Shown here: one piece after another, positions 26,149 to 32,000 of the stretch
How positions within the stretch are numbered: the first letter of the stretch is position 1
Layout: each line of letters begins with the position of its first letter
Origin: Nostoc sp. PCC 7120 = FACHB-418
Lineage (GTDB): Bacteria; Cyanobacteriota; Cyanobacteriia; Cyanobacteriales; Nostocaceae
Assembly (NCBI RefSeq): GCF_000009705.1
Contig: NC_003272.1
Coordinates: 4,110,001-4,142,000, forward strand
DNA: 32,000 nucleotides
Direction: 5' to 3'
Notes under the pieces: model-generated
The model's input: the letters and a program-made list of their open reading frames with translations, nothing else
Told to the model about the DNA's origin: nothing
Database searches by the model: none
Made by a program: the position numbers and the translations under genes

Positions 26149-26964
26149 ATGAATAACGGATGTAACAGATGGCAAATAATTAGTCGGTTACATCTGATAT
26201 TATCCGCCATCATTATTTGCTTCATGATTTCGGCAACAGGACTCGTTGCATCTGCCGCCGAAATGCCAGAAATTCAACGTAGGGGCTACATAACTGTAGC
26301 AGTGAAGGATAATTTGCCTTTGTTGGGGTTTAAAGATGCTGACGGCAAATTACAAGGTTTAGAAATTGATTTAGCAAAGCGTTTAGCGGCTGATTTGTTA
26401 GGTAAAGCCGACGCTGTAAAATTGCAACCTGTGAGTAATCGCGATCGCCTATCTGTAGTATTTAATCATAAAGTTGATATAGCGATCGCCAGAGTCACCG
26501 CCACCGAATCACGCTCACGCCTGGTAAGTTTCAGTGTCCCCTACTACATGGATGGCACTTACCTAATTACCAAAGACGCGACTGTACAGCAAATAAATGA
26601 TTTAGCCAAACGCAAAATTGCTGTCCTGAATAATTCCAGCACCATCGCCGAAGTCCGTTACTACATCCCCAAGGCCGAGTTAGTGGGAGTTAATTCTTAC
26701 CAAGAAGCACAAGCAGCAATAGAAAATAATAGCGTCGCCGCTTTCGCCGCCGATGGTAGCCTCTTGAGTGGTTGGGTGAGAGAACATCCTCAATATCGCC
26801 TATTACCAACAAAATTATCCACAGCACCCTTGTCTGTAGTCATGCCCAAAGGATTGCAGTATGATGAATTGAGAAGAGAAATTAACGAAGCGATCGCCCG
26901 TTACATCGCTCAAGGTTGGTTAAAAGAACGGATTGAGTATTGGGGATTGGTCAATAGTCAATAG
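26149..26964 (+). CDS. Family-3 solute-binding protein (amino-acid ABC transporter substrate-binding domain)
   Basis: 271 aa with a signal/anchor sequence. It has the typical YITVAVKDNLPLLGF...GLEIDLAKRLA N-lobe. No permease or ATPase gene is adjacent. Confidence 0.8.
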   Translation: MNNGCNRWQIISRLHLILSAIIICFMISATGLVASAAEMPEIQRRGYITVAVKDNLPLLGFKDADGKLQGLEIDLAKRLAADLLGKADAVKLQPVSNRDRLSVVFNHKVDIAIARVTATESRSRLVSFSVPYYMDGTYLITKDATVQQINDLAKRKIAVLNNSSTIAEVRYYIPKAELVGVNSYQEAQAAIENNSVAAFAADGSLLSGWVREHPQYRLLPTKLSTAPLSVVMPKGLQYDELRREINEAIARYIAQGWLKERIEYWGLVNSQ

Positions 26965-27013
26965 TCATTACTTCCCCTGCTCCCCCTGCTTCCCCTGCTC
27001 CCTTGCCCCTCCT
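26951..27013. repeat. Short tandem repeats (TCAATAG x2, then a C/T-rich 9-mer TTCCCCTGC-like x4)
   Basis: The sequence is TCAATAGTCAATAGTCA followed by CTTCCCCTG CTCCCCCTG CTTCCCCTG CTCCCTTG CCCCTCC, spanning the stop codon of the SBP gene. Confidence 0.6.
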
Positions 27014-27069
27014 CTTAAGAGTCCCCAAAAGACCCATAATAGAGATAGAAGACACTTTAATAATTTGAT

Positions 27070-27603
27070 TTGAAGATAATGGATAACAGTCTAGCGGTTG
27101 TTTATCTCTCCGTGTTGGTGGGGATACTGGGATTTGCAGTTGTGAGTGTTTTCCGCCAGCTGTTCAAAACTCGTAAGCGTGAAAGTGCTTTATCACGGTT
27201 ACGTAACAAGTTGAGTAAAGACAAGGGTACAGCTCAAGAATATTATGAGTTAGCGTGTATTTATTCAGAGAAGAAAGTGTACACACAAGCTATACCTTTG
27301 TTCCAAAAGGCTCTTAAAGCAGCCGAAGAAGAAGGAGAAGAAAATACTGCACCTATCTACAATGGTTTGGGTTACGCCTATTTTGCTCAAGAGCAGTATG
27401 ATTTAGCAATTCGTCAGTATAAGGAAGCACTAAAATTTAAACCCGATTATGTAGTAGCTTTAAATAACTTGGGTCATGCTTATGAGCGTAAAAAACTCAC
27501 TGCTCAGGCTTTGCAAATGTACGAAGAAGCACTCAAATTTGCTCCCAATAATGCGACAGCCAAACGTCGTGCGGAGTCTTTACGGCGTTTAGTTACTGCT
27601 TGA
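27070..27603 (+). CDS. Tetratricopeptide-repeat protein with an N-terminal TM anchor
   Basis: 177 aa with repeated A..Y...L.......A...LG.AY TPR units. The true start may be the ATG at 27079 rather than the TTG at 27070. Confidence 0.8.
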   Translation: MKIMDNSLAVVYLSVLVGILGFAVVSVFRQLFKTRKRESALSRLRNKLSKDKGTAQEYYELACIYSEKKVYTQAIPLFQKALKAAEEEGEENTAPIYNGLGYAYFAQEQYDLAIRQYKEALKFKPDYVVALNNLGHAYERKKLTAQALQMYEEALKFAPNNATAKRRAESLRRLVTA

Positions 27604-27618
27604 TGGTTCTATATCCTA

Positions 27619-27649
27619 GATCCCCGATTTCTCAAAAAAGTCGGGTATC
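27619..27649 (+). terminator. Hairpin after the TPR gene (GATCCCCGA / TCGGGTATC arms)
   Basis: The arms at 27619-27627 and 27641-27649 are complementary at 8 of 9 positions, with a 13-nt loop. It resembles the CCCCGA...TCGGGG hairpin repeats common in Nostoc intergenic DNA. No U-tract follows. Confidence 0.3.
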
Positions 27650-27722
27650 TGTCTTAACTATTCGGTTTTATATCTGAATTCTGGGAAATAAATAACTATA
27701 AATTTATTGCCAGATTCCTAGA

Positions 27723-29705
27723 ATGATAAAGCGGCTAAAGCTATTCTTCTTGTTAGCTATTACTATTATTATCTGCTGTGGTATATCACTTATATTAATA
27801 GAAACAGTGACAGCAAAACAGCCAGTAATTTCCCATCCTTTGACAGCTTTAACCGAGGCAGAAATTAAAACGGCGGTTGCCTTGATTAGAAAGGAAAAGT
27901 CTTTAACTGACATGGCTGCTTTTCCGTTAATTACCTTGGCTGAACCAGATAAACAAGAAGTTAGAAATTTTACACAAGGTCAATCATTTGAGCGCAAGGC
28001 TTTTTTGGTAGTATATGAGCGCGCGCAAAATAAAACCTATGAGGGTATTGTTGACCTGAAAACGCAAAAAATAGCGTCCTGGCAAGAGAAACCCCATGTG
28101 CAACCGGCAATTTTTAACTCAGAATATGAACTAGCACGCAATGTAGTCAAATCTGATTCCCGATGGCAAGAAGCGATGAAAAAGCGGGGAATTACAGATT
28201 TTGACCAAGTGCAGGTGAGTTGCTGGGCGGCGGGCATTCTAAGTCAAGAAGAAGCAGCAACAGGGGGGCGTTTGTGTCGGACTTTATTATTTTATCGCGG
28301 GGAACGCTGGAATTATTACGGTAGTCCTATTGAGGGTGTGATAGCAACGGTTGATTTAAATAAAGGTACAGTCACCAATTTTATCGACCAGGGGATAGTT
28401 CCCATCTCCAAAGAAAATTGGAATTATGATTTACAGTCTTTAGGTAAATTACTCTCACCGCCGAAACTCTTACAAATACTGCAACCAAAAGGAAAGAGTT
28501 TCCAAATTCAGGGTAATGAAGTCACCTGGCAAGGTTGGAAGTTTCGGTATGTTATGCACCCCCGTGATGGGTTGGTACTGTATCAAGTAAATTACAAAGA
28601 TGGGGGAAATGTCCGACCAGTATTGTATCGCGCCAGCTTATCGGAGATGGTTGTACCTTATGGCGACCCTGATCCTACTTGGTCATTTAGAAACGCTTTC
28701 GATGTTGGTGAATATAATCTGGGTTTACTCGCCAGCACAATGGAGTTAGGAAAGGAAATTCCCCAAAATGGCGTTTTATTTGATGCTGTGTTTGCTAATG
28801 AAGAAGGGGAACCCTATGTTATGCCTGGGGTTGTGGGTATCTACGAACGGGATAACGGCATACTTTGGAAGCATTATGAATATAATACCCAACGCAACGA
28901 TGTGCGGCGCGATCGCCAATTAGTCATTACCATCACGGCGGCGGTTGATAACTATGATTACGGTATTAACTGGATTTTCCACCAAGACGGCACGTTAGAA
29001 GTAGAGAATGATTTAACCGGTATTGTTTTGGTGCAGGGAACAGAAGCGGAAACCCAACCTGAAGATAATTTCTATGGGAGATTGCTGGCTAAAAATATTT
29101 TTGGTGTCAATCACCAACACTTTTTTAACTATCGCTTAGATATGGATGTGGACGGTCAAGCTAATAATGTCATGGAAATGAACGTGGCAAGCTTGCCGAT
29201 AGGTAAGAACAATCCTATCGGCAATGCCATTGTTGTCAAAGACACCCCACTCAAAACAGAAAAGGCTGCTGTCCGTGATTTGGATATCAAACACAGTCGG
29301 GAATGGATGATTGCGAATGCAGATAAGAAAAATGCTTTAGGGGTTGCCCCTGCATATATGCTGATGCCGGGAGGTAATACGGTATTTTTCCCTGTGGAGG
29401 GGGCAAAAATTCGGCAGAAAGCTGAGTTTGCCACTCATCATGTTTGGGTGACTCGATATAAACCACATGAATTATATGCCGGCGGTGATTATCCTAATCA
29501 AGCACCACCAGGAAAAGGTTTACCTGAGTATATTGCTGATGATGAATCGTTGATGGGTCAAGATATTGTTTTGTGGTACACGATGGGTATTACTCATGTA
29601 CCTAAGCCAGAAGATTGGCCTGTGATGCCGGTTCACAAGCTTGGCTTTAAACTTTCACCTAGAGGCTTTTTTAGCCGCAATCCGGCGATTAATCTGCCTG
29701 AGTAA
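27723..29705 (+). CDS. Copper-containing primary-amine oxidase (topaquinone enzyme, TynA-like), secreted
   Basis: 660 aa with an N-terminal signal/anchor sequence. It has the TPQ consensus N-Y-D-Y (aa 410-413, nt 28950-28961), the copper ligands NHQHFF (HxH) and GITHVP, and a conserved catalytic-base region FDVGEY. Confidence 0.9.
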   Translation: MIKRLKLFFLLAITIIICCGISLILIETVTAKQPVISHPLTALTEAEIKTAVALIRKEKSLTDMAAFPLITLAEPDKQEVRNFTQGQSFERKAFLVVYERAQNKTYEGIVDLKTQKIASWQEKPHVQPAIFNSEYELARNVVKSDSRWQEAMKKRGITDFDQVQVSCWAAGILSQEEAATGGRLCRTLLFYRGERWNYYGSPIEGVIATVDLNKGTVTNFIDQGIVPISKENWNYDLQSLGKLLSPPKLLQILQPKGKSFQIQGNEVTWQGWKFRYVMHPRDGLVLYQVNYKDGGNVRPVLYRASLSEMVVPYGDPDPTWSFRNAFDVGEYNLGLLASTMELGKEIPQNGVLFDAVFANEEGEPYVMPGVVGIYERDNGILWKHYEYNTQRNDVRRDRQLVITITAAVDNYDYGINWIFHQDGTLEVENDLTGIVLVQGTEAETQPEDNFYGRLLAKNIFGVNHQHFFNYRLDMDVDGQANNVMEMNVASLPIGKNNPIGNAIVVKDTPLKTEKAAVRDLDIKHSREWMIANADKKNALGVAPAYMLMPGGNTVFFPVEGAKIRQKAEFATHHVWVTRYKPHELYAGGDYPNQAPPGKGLPEYIADDESLMGQDIVLWYTMGITHVPKPEDWPVMPVHKLGFKLSPRGFFSRNPAINLPE

Positions 29706-29776
29706 GTTGTTGCAGCAATTGTATTCATCAATCGCGATCGCCTACAGTGGGTCTATGCCCTGCCGTGGGTGATATA

Positions 29777-30553
29777 TTAGGCTGAGATTAAAGCTTTAAC
29801 TTGACCAAAACGGCGATCGCGTTTTTGGTAACTCAACAAAGCCTGATGAAATGCTTCTCTGTCAAAATCAGGCCACAGAATATCTGTGAAATACATCTCT
29901 GTATATGCCATCTGCCACAACAGAAAGTTACTCAATCGCATCTCTCCGCTAGTCCGAATCAATAAATCTGGTGGTTGAGTATCTGTTGTGTAAAGATGTT
30001 GTTCTACAATACCTTCGTTTACTGCATCAGCACTGAGTTTGCCTTGTTGCACCAGTTCCGCTACTTGACGACAGGCTCTAGTAATTTCGTTGCGACTGCC
30101 ATAGTTGACTGCAACAGTAAAGTGAATTGCTTGATTATTTAATGTCTCTGTCATGGAGCGTTCCATTTCCGTTTGTAGTGACTTGGGTAATGCTGTCAAA
30201 TCGCCAATAAAGGAAATTCTCACTCCTTCTCGGTGCATTTGCGATAATTCCCGGCGCAGTAATCGCTCAAATAAAAGCATCAGAAAATCTACTTCTTCGA
30301 TGGGACGCTGCCAATTTTCCGTAGAGAAGGCGTAGGCGGTGAGGGCTTTGATTCCCCAATCTTTACAGCAGCGCAAGAGTTCTTTGAGTGTTCTTGCGCC
30401 TTGGCGATGTCCGGCTATGCGTGGTAATCCTCGGCTAGTTGCCCATCTGCCGTTACCATCCATGATGACGGCTATGTGTTGGGGGATTTTTTGGGGATCT
30501 AAGTCTGGGGGGGTCATTTTTGGTGTTGATGGGTGGATTGGGGGAAAGTTCAC
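29777..30553 (-). CDS. uppS: Isoprenyl transferase (undecaprenyl-diphosphate synthase family)
   Basis: 258 aa with [21 protein letters not shown], and [20 protein letters not shown]. Confidence 0.95.
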   Translation of the reverse strand: MNFPPIHPSTPKMTPPDLDPQKIPQHIAVIMDGNGRWATSRGLPRIAGHRQGARTLKELLRCCKDWGIKALTAYAFSTENWQRPIEEVDFLMLLFERLLRRELSQMHREGVRISFIGDLTALPKSLQTEMERSMTETLNNQAIHFTVAVNYGSRNEITRACRQVAELVQQGKLSADAVNEGIVEQHLYTTDTQPPDLLIRTSGEMRLSNFLLWQMAYTEMYFTDILWPDFDREAFHQALLSYQKRDRRFGQVKALISA

Positions 30554-30577
30554 GCAGAGGAGAGTATAGAGGGGTTA

Positions 30578-31510
30578 TTAACTACTTAGTAGATTGTTGA
30601 GATATTTTGGGTTAAGGGTGTTGTGCCATGTCCACAGGCGGCGCATGGTTTGGGTTGATGTGTAGATGAGGGTGGCTTTGTTGGTGAGTGTCCAGGCGTT
30701 CCAGTTAAGTGTATTCATCATGCGGCGTAGGGTTCGCATGAGGTTGTTACGTTGATAGGTTTGGGAACGGGTTTTGATGAGGGTGCGCCCTACTCGGATT
30801 AGTCCTGTGTCAGGAAAAGCCCAAACTCCAAAGCCCCAGAATTTGGTCATGTGGTTGATTTCGTCTTTCGTGAGTTCTTCGAGAACTTCTTGGAGTGCGC
30901 CTGTTGTGTGCGCCATTAGCCACAGGTAAAGGCAGGTTGCACCGTATTCTGTGGCTACGCGGTGTAAGCCGTGGCGATAGAGGTCTTCTTGGGGGTCATT
31001 TGTGGGGAGGTAGCCTCTGATTGTACGATGTTTAGGGGTGATTTTCTCCCCTGTTAATTGGGTGTAGATTTTGATTAATGCGGGTGTGTGTTGACGTTCT
31101 TCTTTTTCCCACAAACCAAGTTCTTGGAGTTCGCCATCTCCATCGACTGTTCCACCGACAAACCGCGCCATCTGGGGATGTAACTTTTCTAAATATTGCC
31201 GACTGGTTTGGGTGTAGCCTCGAATGGGGGCTTCTGTGTCCATTGCACCGATCAATATAGATAAAAATACTTCTGGTTCTATACCGATAATTTGGTTGCG
31301 GTTAATGGCTTGCCAGTCAATTAGTTTCCAGGGACGCGCTTGGGGATTGGCAAATTGTATCGGTAAATCTTGCAAGCGAGCGCGTAGTATTTCGACTGCA
31401 ATATATTTATCTATGAGGGAGCGAATACGGCTCTGTGTTTGCCAGTAGTGAGGATGAGCATAGCTTTGTGCCGCCGATGCTTCTAGTTGTGGGCTGGTGG
31501 TATCAAGCAT
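30578..31510 (-). CDS. Ferritin-like diiron-carboxylate protein resembling soluble acyl-ACP desaturases
   Basis: 310 aa with ligand pattern E93 ... W-EK-EERQH (E138/H141) ... E188 ... DEINH (E217/H220). This mirrors the desaturase pattern E..W..EENRH..E..DEKRH in spacing. It ends 24 nt upstream of uppS on the same strand. Confidence 0.55.
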   Translation of the reverse strand: MLDTTSPQLEASAAQSYAHPHYWQTQSRIRSLIDKYIAVEILRARLQDLPIQFANPQARPWKLIDWQAINRNQIIGIEPEVFLSILIGAMDTEAPIRGYTQTSRQYLEKLHPQMARFVGGTVDGDGELQELGLWEKEERQHTPALIKIYTQLTGEKITPKHRTIRGYLPTNDPQEDLYRHGLHRVATEYGATCLYLWLMAHTTGALQEVLEELTKDEINHMTKFWGFGVWAFPDTGLIRVGRTLIKTRSQTYQRNNLMRTLRRMMNTLNWNAWTLTNKATLIYTSTQTMRRLWTWHNTLNPKYLNNLLSS

Positions 31511-31665
31511 AATTTTTATACTATGACTTCTATGCCCAATAGCCTAAGCGATCGCACCAGCGTTTGTCAGTCGGCTAAAGTCGGCAGTTTTATGTGATTC
31601 AGTTGGAAAAGTCAGGGAAAAAGTCTTTGGTTTAGTATATATCTATTGTATAGAGTTTATTAAGT

Positions 31666-32000
31666 ATGAAAGTCTACGATATATACTCAAAGCGTCAAAC
31701 AAGGCTAAGAGAAGAATTTCCTGATGTTTATCAGTATGTTGATATCCCTCAACCGCTTCGCGTGCAGATTGCTTACATTATTTATGATGTTATAGCTGAA
31801 CCTGTAGATATAGAATTAATAAAGAGTTTTAGCGAAATTTATAGCAGACTATACCGTGAATACGGTAAGTTAAAACAATCAATTGTAGGCAAGGATATAA
31901 TTAATCTTTTTATGTTCAATACTGAGAAAACAGAACATACTCTTGATTTTATAGAGTTAAGTTTTAAATTGATTGACTATACATATAGAAACAGAATGGC
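31666..32000 (+). CDS. Hypothetical protein, 5' part only (runs off the window), AT-rich and possibly accessory
   Basis: The frame is open from ATG 31666 to the window end (111 codons, no stop): MKVYDIYSKRQTRLREEFPDVYQYVDIPQPLRVQIAYIIYDV... It is absent from the ORF track because it has no stop. Two hand-counted 60-nt lines give about 27% GC. Confidence 0.5.
   Translation, partial: MKVYDIYSKRQTRLREEFPDVYQYVDIPQPLRVQIAYIIYDVIAEPVDIELIKSFSEIYSRLYREYGKLKQSIVGKDIINLFMFNTEKTEHTLDFIELSFKLIDYTYRNRM

Noticed and set aside
1552-29705. speA and the copper amine oxidase as one polyamine metabolic gene cluster
   Set aside because: They are 24 kb apart and separated by more than 25 unrelated genes on both strands. 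Any functional link would be physiological, not a cluster.
1-32000. tRNA, rRNA, tmRNA, RNase P RNA or other known structured RNA genes
   Set aside because: I inspected all intergenic spacers longer than 100 nt by eye. None showed a cloverleaf-like arrangement or conserved cores that I recognise. A tRNAscan-SE/Infernal run is needed to exclude them formally.

Overview
This window looks like chromosome from a filamentous, heterocyst-type cyanobacterium (Nostoc/Anabaena-like). The evidence is about 35 HIP1 octamers (GCGATCGC) in my manual scan, STRR-type heptamer arrays (CCCCAGT, TGTTGAC/ACTGTTG, TTGGTCA) at many gene ends, petB-petD, and a three-gene split transhydrogenase. I support about 33 protein genes, and nearly all are housekeeping. 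In order they are: NDP-sugar pyrophosphorylase, speA, ndk, a TerC-family gene, pntB/pntAB/pntAA, DUF2808, rpmH-rnpA-PH domain-yidC-jag, yceD-like, site-2 protease, MBL hydrolase, S41 C-terminal protease, petBD, RsbW-like kinase, gmd plus a GT4 glycosyltransferase, rpmI-rplT, an orphan solute-binding protein, a TPR protein, a copper amine oxidase, and a desaturase-like diiron gene followed by uppS. I found no rRNA, tRNA or CRISPR. The main hunt result is an AT-rich 3.3-kb accessory islet (5012-8286) between the terC start and the pntB terminator. It carries a two-gene operon: an AAA15-type ABC ATPase (6263-7654) and an RloB/Toprim protein (7665-8270). This is a split OLD-nuclease architecture, related by family to AbiL and PARIS, and is a candidate anti-phage system with no known trigger or target in cyanobacteria. 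Next to the operon lie decayed mobile debris: a 5'-truncated DUF4351/Rpn-like remnant, and two MazF-like fragments each preceded by a roughly 51-bp direct repeat. A second AT-rich, possibly accessory ORF starts at 31666 and runs off the window. Secondary observations are a complete secreted copper amine oxidase, a soluble acyl-ACP-desaturase-like diiron gene apparently co-transcribed with uppS, a long imperfect inverted repeat after petD, a MITE-like element, and recurring TAGGACTTA motifs. All family assignments come from motif recognition by eye. No database search was run.
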